Positions 10,331 to 21,324 are shown, numbered from the stretch's first letter. The stretch: DNA of 64,000 bases from Promethearchaeota archaeon (GCA_019057865.1 JAHLWP010000008.1:1-64000), one strand, 5' to 3'. Notes: generated by a model not told the origin, from the letters alone. Translations and numbers: made by a program.

Positions 10331-11755
10331 ATGAACCCATTAGAAAAAGATTTGAAACCTTCTAAAGTTGAAGATACAAATACAAAAAAAATGATAATGT
10401 TCTCTTTAGGATACTTTTTCAATGCTTTTATGATTGTAGCTTTCAATACCTATGTCTGGAGATATTATGAAGGTGAACTAGGGTTAATAAATATTACTGC
10501 TTTATGGTATATTTATTTAGCAATTGCGAATGTAATATTTACGATATGGAGTATGGTCACTAATCCTTTAATAGGTTACCTTACTAATAAACCAATGAAA
10601 TGGACAAGAAAAAGAGGATTTCATTCGCCATGGATAATAATTGGAGGTGTTCCAACTATAATATTGTTTTTCTTACTCTTTACACCGCCAATTGTAATGG
10701 GAATCGAAAGTGTATTACCCATCCTGATATACTATTTGGTAATATCTTGTCTATACGATACAGTTTATTCCCTTTTCCAAATTCATTCTTTTGGAGCCTT
10801 TCCTGCTCATTTTCGGGGAGATTTAACTCGAAGAAAAGCAGGGGCTATAACTCAAGTCTTTACATTCTCAGCAAACTTTTTTGTGATTATGATATGGTCT
10901 CAAATTATTATGCCTGGTGATAAAACATCATTCACTATAGCTGCCTTTGTAAGTACAATATGTTTGGCTGTTTCCTTGGTAATTTTCATACCAGGATCGA
11001 AAGAATCAGATGAAATTAAAGAACGGTTTATTATAGGGTATGAAGCAACTGAAAAAATGTCATTTCTCAGCACATTGAAAATGGCCATAAAGCAAAAAAA
11101 CTTTATGTTAGTTCTTATTGCATATCTTTCTTTCATGATTGCATTAGGTATAACAAGCATGAATGCTGTATCTTTTGTTGATGATGTGCTACAAGAGGAA
11201 CAACATATCAGAACAATTGGATCTCTTTTTATGCTATGTTCTTCCTTTTTGACAATGCCTTTATGGATTCGGGTTGCTAAAAAAATCGGTCATTCTCGTG
11301 CATTTACCATAGGGCTTATATTTATGGGGGTTAGTTATTTATTATATATGTTTATTGTAGATGTATTTGGATTTTATTTAGTAAGTATTTTGAATGGTAT
11401 AGCTTTCACGATGTATTTAATAATGCTATCGCCAATTTTTGCCGATTCTTATGATGAAATCACCGTAAAGACTAAAAAGCACCATGAAACGACTCTAGTA
11501 GGTATTCGCAACTCTTTCATTAGAATTTCACTAACAATCCAAAGCTTTATTATAGCAATTATTCATACAATAACAGTTTATAACCCAAAAGATCCTATAC
11601 ACAGTAAGGAAGCTTTATTGGGGCTTCGCTTGATCCAAGGACTTTTTCCATTTATTTTCTGCCTTATAGGAGCTTTAATCTTTTATAAATGGTTCGATAT
11701 GAAAGGAAAGAAAAAACAAGATATCATGAAGAAATTACAGGAAATGGGTTTATAA
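10331..11755 (+). CDS. MFS transporter, glycoside-pentoside-hexuronide (GPH) type
   Basis: About 12 hydrophobic segments; NPLIGYLT...RGFHSPWII resembles the GPH DP..G...D...R.GR..PW motif. Confidence 0.85.
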   Translation: MNPLEKDLKPSKVEDTNTKKMIMFSLGYFFNAFMIVAFNTYVWRYYEGELGLINITALWYIYLAIANVIFTIWSMVTNPLIGYLTNKPMKWTRKRGFHSPWIIIGGVPTIILFFLLFTPPIVMGIESVLPILIYYLVISCLYDTVYSLFQIHSFGAFPAHFRGDLTRRKAGAITQVFTFSANFFVIMIWSQIIMPGDKTSFTIAAFVSTICLAVSLVIFIPGSKESDEIKERFIIGYEATEKMSFLSTLKMAIKQKNFMLVLIAYLSFMIALGITSMNAVSFVDDVLQEEQHIRTIGSLFMLCSSFLTMPLWIRVAKKIGHSRAFTIGLIFMGVSYLLYMFIVDVFGFYLVSILNGIAFTMYLIMLSPIFADSYDEITVKTKKHHETTLVGIRNSFIRISLTIQSFIIAIIHTITVYNPKDPIHSKEALLGLRLIQGLFPFIFCLIGALIFYKWFDMKGKKKQDIMKKLQEMGL

Positions 11756-11852
11756 ATTAAATATACCTCCTAATATAACCTAAATATAAACTTTTTTTAT
11801 TGTTCTTTTCCTAATTACATTAATAGAAAATACTATACTTAATGAGTAAAAA

Positions 11853-13241
11853 TTGAGTTTTCGTATAGAAAAGGATGTATTAGGTGAAATTGAGGTTCCA
11901 AGTAATGTATATTGGGGAATTAATACTCAAAGAGCGATCCAAAACTTTCAAATAAGTGGAAAAACCTTTCCGCAAATATTCATTATGTCATTAGCCGAAT
12001 TAAAAAAAGCTTGTCTACTGGCAAACAAAAAATTAGATCTAATTGATAACGAAAAGTGTAATGCTATACTTCAAGCTGTGAATGAAATTTTAGATGAAAA
12101 TAAATATTTAGATCAATTTCCAATAGACATATATCAAACAGGCTCTGGAACTCAAACTAATATGAACATGAATGAGGTATTAGCCAATCGAGCGAATGAA
12201 ATCTTAGGATTTCCAATGGGTAAAAAACATCCTGTGCATCCAAATGATCATGTCAATAAAGGACAATCTTCTAACGATGTTATTCCAAGCACAATGCATA
12301 TCTCAGCATTACATGTAATAAATGAAAAACTTTTTCCCATATTAAAAAGATTGATAGAGCACTTGGCAAAAAAGATTGAACAATTTAAAGACATTGTCAA
12401 AGTTGGAAGAACTCATTTACAAGATGCCGTACCAATCCCCTTATCTTTAGAATTTGAAGTTTACAAAAGGCAAGTTGAAATGAATGTGGATCGATTAAAG
12501 AGAGTACGTGAAGAATTATACTATATTCCAATTGGAGGTACGGCATTAGGAACTGGAATAAATGCTCATAAAGAATTCCCAAAACTTACGGTTTCTCATC
12601 TTTCTGAGATTACTAATTTACCTTTCAAAATCAATCCTGTAAAAGCAGAAGGAATAGCTTCTCATAATACAATAGTAAATGCCAGTGGAGTTCTACGGCA
12701 ATTAGCCCTATCATTATTAAAAATGGCAAATGATATTAGATTGATGGGAAGCGGCCCAAGAGCAGGGTTCTCAGAATTAATTTTACCCCAAAATGAATCT
12801 GGATCTTCCATTATGCCTGGAAAAATTAACCCTACTCAATCAGAGGCTTTAATTCAAGTATGTTTGCAAGTTCTTGGGAATGATTCGGTTATATCATTTG
12901 GAGAAGCCTATGGAAGTATTTTAGATTTGAATGTATGTAAACCATTAATGATTTTCAATTTTATTGAATCTGTAAATATTATGCATGGAGCTGTTAACTC
13001 TTTCATCGATTATTGCTTATTAGGCTTAAAAGCAAACAAAGATCAAATAAATTCTCAATTAGAAAGAATGCTAATGATTGTGACCAATCTAACCCCATTG
13101 ATAGGATATGATAAATGTTCAGAAATTGCACAAAGAGCTTATAAAGAAGGAAAATCGTGTAGAAAAGTCATAAAAGAGATGGGATTGGATATTAATGATA
13201 AGGAATTAGATGATTTATTAGATCCAAAAAGAATGGTATAA
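11853..13241 (+). CDS. fumC: Class II fumarate hydratase
   Basis: TGSGTQTNMNMNEV, VHPNDHVN, GRTHLQDA, GSSIMPGKINP. Confidence 0.93.
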   Translation: MSFRIEKDVLGEIEVPSNVYWGINTQRAIQNFQISGKTFPQIFIMSLAELKKACLLANKKLDLIDNEKCNAILQAVNEILDENKYLDQFPIDIYQTGSGTQTNMNMNEVLANRANEILGFPMGKKHPVHPNDHVNKGQSSNDVIPSTMHISALHVINEKLFPILKRLIEHLAKKIEQFKDIVKVGRTHLQDAVPIPLSLEFEVYKRQVEMNVDRLKRVREELYYIPIGGTALGTGINAHKEFPKLTVSHLSEITNLPFKINPVKAEGIASHNTIVNASGVLRQLALSLLKMANDIRLMGSGPRAGFSELILPQNESGSSIMPGKINPTQSEALIQVCLQVLGNDSVISFGEAYGSILDLNVCKPLMIFNFIESVNIMHGAVNSFIDYCLLGLKANKDQINSQLERMLMIVTNLTPLIGYDKCSEIAQRAYKEGKSCRKVIKEMGLDINDKELDDLLDPKRMV

Positions 13242-13353
13242 TTTCAAAATAGTATTAACTGATCTTAACATAGATATTTTATTAGTTATAAATTAAACTT
13301 TGCTCAATTTGAAAATTAGTTAAAGAATGCAAGTATAATTAAAAAGTTTTATT

Positions 13354-14124
13354 TTAGGCTAAAATACCATAATATACTTCTGTATTATATTCTAGTCTTA
13401 CAGTTCCATTCTTTTGATATGTTAAAAAGATTTTTTTCAAATCTTCTAACATTTTATTAAATCGTGGATTATCCTCTAAAGGAATATAAGATGTAGATAG
13501 TAATCTACCCTTGAATCCGTCATAATCTAATTCTTGATAATTATAGAATACTTTCTTATTGTGTTCATAAAATTCATTAACATTTTTTTCATTTTTCCTA
13601 ACTTCTTTATAATCTGTTCCATATTTTAATACAAGCTTTTCATAATCACTAGATAAATTATCTCCTGATTTTTTACGATTATTCCATATTAAAACAACAT
13701 ATCCATTAGGTTTTAATATCTTTTTAAATTCCCTTTTTGTTTTCTCAACATCAAACCAATGAAATGCCTGACCAGCAGTAATTAGATCAATAGACGATTC
13801 CTTTAATCCCGTTTTTTCAGCTGAGCCACCAATACTTATAAAATTATTATATTTTTCTAATAATTTTTCAGCAGCTTTTCTCATATCAAGATTAGGTTCT
13901 ACACTATAAACTTTATTACCATTTTTTAAAAATAATTCACTTAATATGCCTGTGCCTGAACCAATATCAGCAATTGCAATATTTTTGTTTAATATTTTCT
14001 TTTCTGTAAGAAATTTGATAATCTTTTGAGGATAACTTGGACGATATTTAATATAATTCTCTACTCTGGAAGAGAATCTCTTTTTAGGATCAGATTTATA
14101 TCCGAGTTCATTCATAAAATTCAA
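13354..14124 (-). CDS. Class I SAM-dependent methyltransferase
   Basis: YRPSYP, ADIGSGTG, VEPN..M, AGQAFHWFD. Confidence 0.9.
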   Translation of the reverse strand: MNFMNELGYKSDPKKRFSSRVENYIKYRPSYPQKIIKFLTEKKILNKNIAIADIGSGTGILSELFLKNGNKVYSVEPNLDMRKAAEKLLEKYNNFISIGGSAEKTGLKESSIDLITAGQAFHWFDVEKTKREFKKILKPNGYVVLIWNNRKKSGDNLSSDYEKLVLKYGTDYKEVRKNEKNVNEFYEHNKKVFYNYQELDYDGFKGRLLSTSYIPLEDNPRFNKMLEDLKKIFLTYQKNGTVRLEYNTEVYYGILA

Positions 14125-14167
14125 TTAAATATAAAATAGAAAGATAAAAAAAATTTTTCTTAACTAA

Positions 14168-16105
14168 TTATTGACTATATTTTTGCTTAATATAAGTTAG
14201 TTTGCCTCCCGCTTTCAAAACCTCAATTTCAGTTTCACTTAATGAATGAGTAAGAGCAACTTCTATATTTTTAGTATGGTCTTTTAATTTCACTTCGCCA
14301 GTTTCAATAGTACTAAGATCAATTTCAAACTGATCTCCTTGTTCTAGTTGATTATAGTCATCTTTATTAACAAAGGTTAATGGTACAATTCCAAAATTTA
14401 CTAAGTTTGCTAAATGGATTCGAGCAAATGATCTCACGATAACAGCTTTAAGGCCTAAATATTTTGGTGCTATTGCTGCATGTTCTCTACTAGATCCTTG
14501 CCCATAGTTATCTCCACCTATAATAAATCCTCCACCTTTTTCAAGTGATCTATCATGAAAGGATTCATCTACAATATTGAAGACAAATTTGCTAATCTCT
14601 GGAATATTGGATCGAAGCGGTAAAATTTTTGCCCCAGCAGGCATTATGTGATCTGTAGTAATATCATCTTCAACTTTAAGAAGAACCTCTCCTTCTAATT
14701 TATCAGGCAAAGGATTAAATTCCGGTAAGGGTTTAATGTTTGGCCCCCTCACAATATCTACGGTTTTGGCTTTTTCGGGTGGTAATGGTGGAATAATCAT
14801 GTTATCATTTACCATAAATTTCTTAGGCATATCAATTTTTGGTAACTTCTCAATTGTCCTTGGATCTGTTAGTTTACCTGTTATTGCTGAAGCTGCAGCA
14901 GTTTCAGGGCTTACAAGATAAGCCTGAGCACTTTTGGTTCCTGATCTTCCAAGGAAATTCCTATTAAAAGTTCTTAAAGTCACAGCATCACTTTTAGGTG
15001 CTAAACCCATACCAATACACGGACCGCATGCATTTTCGAGAATTCTAGCTCCTGCTTCTACTAAATAAGCCATCTCACCTGATTTTACCATATGATTTAC
15101 AACTTGTCGAGAGCCAGGTGAAACTGTAAGGACAGTGTGTTCATTAACAGTTTTTTCTTTCAAGATATTTGCGACTACTTTAAGATCCCTTAATGATGAA
15201 TTTGTACAAGAACCGATACAGACTTGATCTACAGCTAATCCTTCAATTTCTTTTACAGTTTTTACATTACCAGGACTATGAGGTTCAGCGATAAGTGGCT
15301 CAAGTTCACTTAGACTAATTTCAATTGTTTCGTCATATTCAGCATCTTTATCTGGTTCTAATTGAACCCATTGTTCCCCTCTTTCTTGAGCTTCTAAAAA
15401 TTCCTTAGTAATTTCATCTGAAGGAAATATTGAAGTAGTTGCTCCAGTTTCAGTTCCCATATTTGTGATTGTTCCTCGTTCTGGAACAGATAAGTTTTTA
15501 ATACCTGGACCTGTGTACTCTAAAACTTTATTAACAGCTCCTTTTACACCTATTCTCCTCAAAACCTCTAAAATGACATCTTTTGCTGATACAAAATCAG
15601 GAAGTTTTCCGGTTAGATAAACATTTACTACATTAGGCATTTTTAAATGAAAAGATTCTCCTGCCATGGCCGCAGCAACATCAAGACCTCCTGCACCAAT
15701 AGCAATCATCCCTACACCACCACCCGTAGGGGTGTGACTATCAGAACCTAATAATGTTTTTCCAGGTCGTGCAAATCTTTCTAAGTGAAGTTGATGGCAT
15801 ATTCCATTTCCAGGGCGAGAAAAAAACAATCCATATTTTGCTGCGATGCTTTGAAGATATCTGTGATCATCGGGATTTTTAAAATCAGTTTGTAAAGTGT
15901 TATGATCTACGTAACTCACTGATAACTCTGTTTGAACTCGTGAAACACCCATAGCTTCAAACTGGAGATATGTCATCGTGCCTGTTGCGTCCTGAGTAAG
16001 CGTTTGATCTATTCTAATTGATATATCAGTCTCTTTTTCCAATTTTCCTTCTAGTAAATGTTGCTCTAAGATTTTCTCGGTTAAAGTTTTTCCCATAACT
16101 TTCAA
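14168..16105 (-). CDS. acn: Aconitate hydratase (single-chain, about 640 aa type)
   Basis: QDATGT, GICHQ, GSDSHT, GSCTN, CGPCIG, NRNF.GR, TTDHI, NYGQGSSREHA. The true start may be ATG 16096. Confidence 0.9.
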   Translation of the reverse strand: MKVMGKTLTEKILEQHLLEGKLEKETDISIRIDQTLTQDATGTMTYLQFEAMGVSRVQTELSVSYVDHNTLQTDFKNPDDHRYLQSIAAKYGLFFSRPGNGICHQLHLERFARPGKTLLGSDSHTPTGGGVGMIAIGAGGLDVAAAMAGESFHLKMPNVVNVYLTGKLPDFVSAKDVILEVLRRIGVKGAVNKVLEYTGPGIKNLSVPERGTITNMGTETGATTSIFPSDEITKEFLEAQERGEQWVQLEPDKDAEYDETIEISLSELEPLIAEPHSPGNVKTVKEIEGLAVDQVCIGSCTNSSLRDLKVVANILKEKTVNEHTVLTVSPGSRQVVNHMVKSGEMAYLVEAGARILENACGPCIGMGLAPKSDAVTLRTFNRNFLGRSGTKSAQAYLVSPETAAASAITGKLTDPRTIEKLPKIDMPKKFMVNDNMIIPPLPPEKAKTVDIVRGPNIKPLPEFNPLPDKLEGEVLLKVEDDITTDHIMPAGAKILPLRSNIPEISKFVFNIVDESFHDRSLEKGGGFIIGGDNYGQGSSREHAAIAPKYLGLKAVIVRSFARIHLANLVNFGIVPLTFVNKDDYNQLEQGDQFEIDLSTIETGEVKLKDHTKNIEVALTHSLSETEIEVLKAGGKLTYIKQKYSQ

Positions 16106-16418
16106 CTATTTGTTATTTTTATTTAACGTTTAATCAATCGAATTATTAAATTTATCAATTCATTTTATTTTTGGATAAAATAGATACAAGTATGAAAAAA
16201 ATAAAATTCTTATAAACCTTTTCTTTAAGAATATCATTAAATTTTCCCATCTTCATCCCAATTTTTTACATTTTTCTTCTGATGGATTTACCCCTTTTAA
16301 ATAAAAGCTCTAAATTTATTAACTTATCAAACTAATATAATTCACATTAAAGATTTATTAGTTAATTTAAAAATTAACATTTGATTAAAAATCACTAAAT
16401 TTTTTGTAAAAATCGAAG

Positions 16419-16913
16419 GTGACAGGTATAACTCAGACTGATAGGGCAAATTCTACTGATATAGCTACAAAAGCTGAAAATTTAGTAAGGGAAACAAAAG
16501 TACTTAATATTACTAGACTAGCTAAAATGTTAGTAGATCTGTTTGGATCAGATGAGCCTTTCAAAAAGATAGGTAAGAGAGAAGGTCAAGAAGTAGAGAT
16601 GTATTTAAAAGAATTAGATGGCTATATTACTTTTATCCTTACTTCAGATAGGAACAATTTTGATTGCCACGCGGAAAAAGCTAAAAATCCTGTATCAAGA
16701 ATCATAATAAACGTTAAAGAAGAGAAAATTCTTCAAGTTATAAGCGGTATTATACGTTCTAAGAATAATCTATTTGGATTATTAAAACTCTTAAAATATA
16801 TTATTCCTGGAAAGGCAAAAATTAAAGGATCGTTGGTGGCAACACTCAAATTAGTAAGATGTTTGATGATTGGCAAACATGAGATATATAAAAAAGGTAA
16901 GGGAGGTGCATAA
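16419..16913 (+). CDS. Hypothetical protein with SCP2 (sterol carrier)-like C-terminal motif
   Basis: GKAKIKGSLVATLKL resembles the SCP2 G.LK..G....A.KL motif. Ends 2 nt before the dehydratase genes. Confidence 0.5.
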   Translation: MTGITQTDRANSTDIATKAENLVRETKVLNITRLAKMLVDLFGSDEPFKKIGKREGQEVEMYLKELDGYITFILTSDRNNFDCHAEKAKNPVSRIIINVKEEKILQVISGIIRSKNNLFGLLKLLKYIIPGKAKIKGSLVATLKLVRCLMIGKHEIYKKGKGGA

Positions 16914-16915
16914 TT

Positions 16916-18067
16916 ATGAGTTTACAAAACGATCCTTTTCTCAACATTTCCAATTCCATAAAGAATTCTTACATTGAAGAATGGCAAAAAAATAATAAAA
17001 AAGTAGTAGGGTATTATTGTACCTACATTCCAGAAGAATTACTTTATGCTGCTGATTTATTACCTTTCAGAATTAGGACAACAGGAAATAAAGACACTGA
17101 ATTAGGGGATATTTACATGGTTAGATTTACTTGTTCTTTTGTTAGAGCAACTTTAGATATGGCTTTAAAAGGAATTTATGATTTCTTAGATGGCTTTTTG
17201 GTTTGTAATAGTTGTGATCATAGCCGCAGAATGTATGAACTTTTTGACCTTAAAGTGTTTAATCGAGAGAACTTCAAAAAGAAAGTTTCCCGGTTTTATC
17301 TCGCATTACCTCATATTATTACTAATGAGGGTTTTGAATGGTATAAAAAAGAAGTAGAAGAACTTAAAGAAGAGCTACAAGAGAATTTTAATATTGCAAA
17401 AATATCAAATGAAAAACTTATAGAATCTATAAAAATTTTTAATGAAAATAGAAAAATTCTAAGAGAAATTCATGAATTAAGAATTCAAAGTAGCCCCAAA
17501 CTTACAGGAACTGAAGCTTTACAAATAAATATGGCAAATTCATCAATTCCTAAAGACATTGCTAATCAAGAATTAAAAAGAATTTTAACTTTCTTAAAAG
17601 AACGTGAAGAAATAGATAGTGGAAATAAAAAAAGAATTCTATTAGTTGGTAGTGTTGTTGATAATATAGATTTTACCCAGTTAATAGAAAATTCAGGAGC
17701 TTTTATAGCATCTGATATCTTATGTTTCGGAACACGAAATTTTATGGATGATGTTCAATTAAAAAATGGTGAGAATCCTTTAGATAGTATAACAAGGCGT
17801 ATATATTACAGGTTATCTTGTCCAAGAATGATGGATGATCATCAAAGAAGACTAGACTTCTTAAAAGAAGAAATTAAAAGAGCTAACATTGAAGGTGTTA
17901 TCCTACAACGTATAAATAACTGCGATCTACATGGTTGTGATAACATGCTTTTTACTCATGAATTAAAAGAATTGAAAATTCCCGTTCTAAATTTCGATAG
18001 AGAATTCTATCAGGCAGATACAACGCGTTTACAAACACGGATAGAAGCATTTTTAGAAATGATTTAG
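16916..18067 (+). CDS. 2-hydroxyacyl-CoA dehydratase / benzoyl-CoA reductase family subunit
   Basis: GYYCTYIPEEL, CSFVR, NSCD, SCPRM, CDLHG, TRIEAFLEM. Confidence 0.9.
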   Translation: MSLQNDPFLNISNSIKNSYIEEWQKNNKKVVGYYCTYIPEELLYAADLLPFRIRTTGNKDTELGDIYMVRFTCSFVRATLDMALKGIYDFLDGFLVCNSCDHSRRMYELFDLKVFNRENFKKKVSRFYLALPHIITNEGFEWYKKEVEELKEELQENFNIAKISNEKLIESIKIFNENRKILREIHELRIQSSPKLTGTEALQINMANSSIPKDIANQELKRILTFLKEREEIDSGNKKRILLVGSVVDNIDFTQLIENSGAFIASDILCFGTRNFMDDVQLKNGENPLDSITRRIYYRLSCPRMMDDHQRRLDFLKEEIKRANIEGVILQRINNCDLHGCDNMLFTHELKELKIPVLNFDREFYQADTTRLQTRIEAFLEMI

Positions 18068-18091
18068 AAATCTAAAAAGAGTGGATTTCAA

Positions 18092-19381
18092 GTGTATATT
18101 AAAAATGAAAATCAAAATCGAATTATTCCTTATAGAATGTTATTAAATGCTACATCAACAACAAGAGAATTAGTAAAACAAATTTTACCTGAGAATGGGG
18201 TTCCTCCAATGAAAGTTGGTCTGGAAAAGCTTGAGTTCGTTCTAGAATCTTCTATAAAAAAAGCAGAAGATGGACTTCCTATAGTTGGCTATCACTTCTC
18301 TTTTCCACCTGAATATCTTCAATGTTTTGATTGTGTTCCTATTTGTGTTGAAGGTACTTCATATTTCCTTGCTGCCTTTTTGGAAGGTGGTTCCGAGAAA
18401 TATTATGATCTTATGCATCATTATGGACATCCGTTTCATACTTGCACTTCTCAAAAAGGTACAATGGGAATGACTTTAGATAATTTATTCAAGTTTGATT
18501 CTTTAATTACACCTTCTGCCCCTTGCGATTGTACAATAGCTTCTTATCCATTTTTTAAGTATGAAAAGGATATACCACTTGTATTAATGGATTTGCCATT
18601 TTTACGTGAAGAAAAAAGTTATATATACTTTGCTGATCAACTTAAAACGGGATTAATAAAACTCGGTGAGATAATAGGGCAAGAACCAGATTTCCATAAA
18701 TTAAAAAAAGCAATAGAGTTAGAAAATCAAGTTAATAAATTAAAATTGGAAATTTTTGAATTAATTAAAGCTACTCCAAGTCCAATATCAAATCTTTACA
18801 ATGCGATTTCGGCAGGATTGAGTATTTTTATTGCGGGTACTCCTGAGAATCTTTCATATTATGAACAAATGCTAGATATAGTTAAAAGAAGATATAAAAA
18901 TAAGGAACACTATGGGGGAGAGGAAAAAATTAGGTCCATCTGGCCTTATATGATAACCTTCTTTTCTATTGATTTAATGGAGTGGTTAGATAGAGAGTTA
19001 GGTTTAAGTGTTTTATTCGATATTTTTAACTATAATTTTTATGATCCTATAAACACTAAATCGGATTTGAATACAATGTTTTATGGTATGAGTAGAAAAG
19101 CTATGGGATTACCAATGGTTAGGCAATCTACAGAGTTTTTTGGACCTTTTATTGAATATTGTGTAAATTTTGCTAAAAACTTTTCTGCGGATTGCTTCAT
19201 TTATACACAGAGTATAGCATGTAAACAATTCGGTTCGGTTCCGCAACTTTTAAGAGAAGCATTAAAAGAGGAAGTACGAATTCCGATGCTGCTTATTGAA
19301 TTTGATGCCGGAGATGCAAGGATGACTTCTCTAAAATCGTTTAAAGAAAAGATTAGTATGTTTACTCAAACAATATCTTGA
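18092..19381 (+). CDS. 2-hydroxyacyl-CoA dehydratase family subunit
   Basis: HTCTSQKG, APCD, ACKQ, EFDAGDAR. Confidence 0.85.
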   Translation: MYIKNENQNRIIPYRMLLNATSTTRELVKQILPENGVPPMKVGLEKLEFVLESSIKKAEDGLPIVGYHFSFPPEYLQCFDCVPICVEGTSYFLAAFLEGGSEKYYDLMHHYGHPFHTCTSQKGTMGMTLDNLFKFDSLITPSAPCDCTIASYPFFKYEKDIPLVLMDLPFLREEKSYIYFADQLKTGLIKLGEIIGQEPDFHKLKKAIELENQVNKLKLEIFELIKATPSPISNLYNAISAGLSIFIAGTPENLSYYEQMLDIVKRRYKNKEHYGGEEKIRSIWPYMITFFSIDLMEWLDRELGLSVLFDIFNYNFYDPINTKSDLNTMFYGMSRKAMGLPMVRQSTEFFGPFIEYCVNFAKNFSADCFIYTQSIACKQFGSVPQLLREALKEEVRIPMLLIEFDAGDARMTSLKSFKEKISMFTQTIS

Positions 19382-19419
19382 AATTTAATAGAGTAATTAT
19401 TAAAACTTAGGAATATAAT

Positions 19420-20709
19420 ATGGTTAATAAAGCAGAGATGGAAAATAGAATAATTCCATATAAAATGTTATATGAAGCGGTCACATCAACTTATGGATTA
19501 GTGGAGGGAATTCTCCCTGATCATGGAATCCCATCATTGCGAATTGGATTAAAACATTTAAAATCAGTAATGGAAGAATATATCCAAAAGGCAAGAGAAG
19601 GCTCACCAATAATTGGGCATCACTTCTCTTTTCCTACAGAATACCTTTCTTGTTTTGATTGTGTTCCGGTCTGTATAGAAGCTGTCTCATATTTATTAGC
19701 CGCTCTATTACCGCATGGTTCTGAGCCGTATTATGATTTAATCACCAATTGGGGGCACCCGTTTCACACTTGCTCCTCTCAAAAAGGTACGATGGGAATG
19801 ACTTTGGATGATCTTTTTAAGTTTGATGCTATTATAACTCCAACAGCTCCTTGCGACAACACGTATGCTTCATATCCCTTTTTCTCTTATTATAAAAAAA
19901 TCCCCCTTATAGCACCAGATTTACCTTTTTTAAAAGAGGAAAAAAGTTATCTTTATCATGGAGAGCAAATTAAATTAGGATTAGAAGCGTTAGGTAAAGT
20001 TATCAATCAAGAACCTGATTATAGTAAATTACGAGAAGCAATTGAATTAGAAAATCAAGTCTCTAAAATGCAATTGGAAATTTTCGAATTAAAAAAAGTA
20101 ATACCCTGTCCGGTAGAGAATATGTTTAACGCGATGTCAGCAGCAGCAGCAATTTATTTTTCTGGACGTGGTGAAAAAGTAAGTTATTATAATGACATGC
20201 TAGAAATAGCAAAAAAACGGTATAAGAATAATGAACATCATGCTGGAGAGGAAAGGGTTAGGAGCATTTGGCCATATATGATTATATTCTTTGATCTAGA
20301 ACTTGGAGAATGGTTAGATCGTCATCTTGGAATGTCAATTTTATTTGATATTTTTAATTATAATTTTGCTGAACCAATTAATACAAAATCAGATTTAGAT
20401 ACTATGCTTTATGGTATGGCAAGGAAGTCAATGGAAGCTCCCATGGTTAAACAATCTGCAGAGTTTTATTATTCTTTTATTGATGACTGTATACAATTAG
20501 CAAAAGACTTTTCAGCAGATTGTTTTATTTTTACTTCTCATATTGGTTGTAAGCAATTCGGAAGTGTACCTCAAATTTTAAGAGAAGCATTAAGAGATGA
20601 AGTTGGTATACCAATGCTCTTAATTGATGTGGACGTAGGTGATGCTCGTTTTGCTTCTGAAAAAATTATAAGAGAAAAAATTAAACTATTTACTCAGACT
20701 CTTATGTAA
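19420..20709 (+). CDS. 2-hydroxyacyl-CoA dehydratase family subunit (tandem paralog of the previous gene)
   Basis: Shares long identical blocks with 18092..19381 (GHPFHTC.SQKGTMGMTLD, LFDIFNYNF..PINTKSDL, CKQFGSVPQ). Confidence 0.85.
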   Translation: MVNKAEMENRIIPYKMLYEAVTSTYGLVEGILPDHGIPSLRIGLKHLKSVMEEYIQKAREGSPIIGHHFSFPTEYLSCFDCVPVCIEAVSYLLAALLPHGSEPYYDLITNWGHPFHTCSSQKGTMGMTLDDLFKFDAIITPTAPCDNTYASYPFFSYYKKIPLIAPDLPFLKEEKSYLYHGEQIKLGLEALGKVINQEPDYSKLREAIELENQVSKMQLEIFELKKVIPCPVENMFNAMSAAAAIYFSGRGEKVSYYNDMLEIAKKRYKNNEHHAGEERVRSIWPYMIIFFDLELGEWLDRHLGMSILFDIFNYNFAEPINTKSDLDTMLYGMARKSMEAPMVKQSAEFYYSFIDDCIQLAKDFSADCFIFTSHIGCKQFGSVPQILREALRDEVGIPMLLIDVDVGDARFASEKIIREKIKLFTQTLM

Positions 20710-20808
20710 AAAAGGAATTTGAATGACCCTTAGGGAATTCCCATAATTTTTTTATGTTCTTAAATTTTACATCTCAAGTTATATTTTTACATTGAGTATT
20801 GAATAAAA

Positions 20809-21324
20809 TTGAATGAAGAATTAAAAAAGCTCTCAAAGGAAGAATTAATCGAATATATTGAAGATATTTCAAAAAATTGGTTAGCTATTGATGGAACGTG
20901 GTTCCAAACTGTTGAAAAAGAATATGGACTTGAGAAAGCTATGGACCTTGATGTTAAACAATGGAAAAAATTTACGGTTATAGAAGCTAAAAGAATTAAA
21001 CAACGGTTTAATCTTCCTGAAAGGGGAGGAATCCCTGCCTTAATGAAGGCATTACAATTTCGAATATATGCTAATATTAACGTACAAGAAATAGTTGAGG
21101 TCTCTGAAAAGCGATGCGTTTTTCGAATGAATAATTGTCGAGTTCAATTTGCGAGGAAGAGTAGGAATCTTCCTGATTTCCCGTGTAAGCCAGTTGGAAT
21201 TGTAGAATATGGTGAATTTGCTAAAACCATTGATCCGCGAATAGAAACCAAATGTATTTGTTGCCCACCAGATTCGCATCCAGATGAGTATTGGTGTTCA
21301 TGGGAATTTACATTAAAAGACTAA
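20809..21324 (+). CDS. DUF6125-like protein (V4R-like, Cys-containing)
   Basis: NWLAIDGTWF, CRVQ.AR....L..FPCK, C.CCPPD.HP....C.WEF. Confidence 0.7.
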   Translation: MNEELKKLSKEELIEYIEDISKNWLAIDGTWFQTVEKEYGLEKAMDLDVKQWKKFTVIEAKRIKQRFNLPERGGIPALMKALQFRIYANINVQEIVEVSEKRCVFRMNNCRVQFARKSRNLPDFPCKPVGIVEYGEFAKTIDPRIETKCICCPPDSHPDEYWCSWEFTLKD

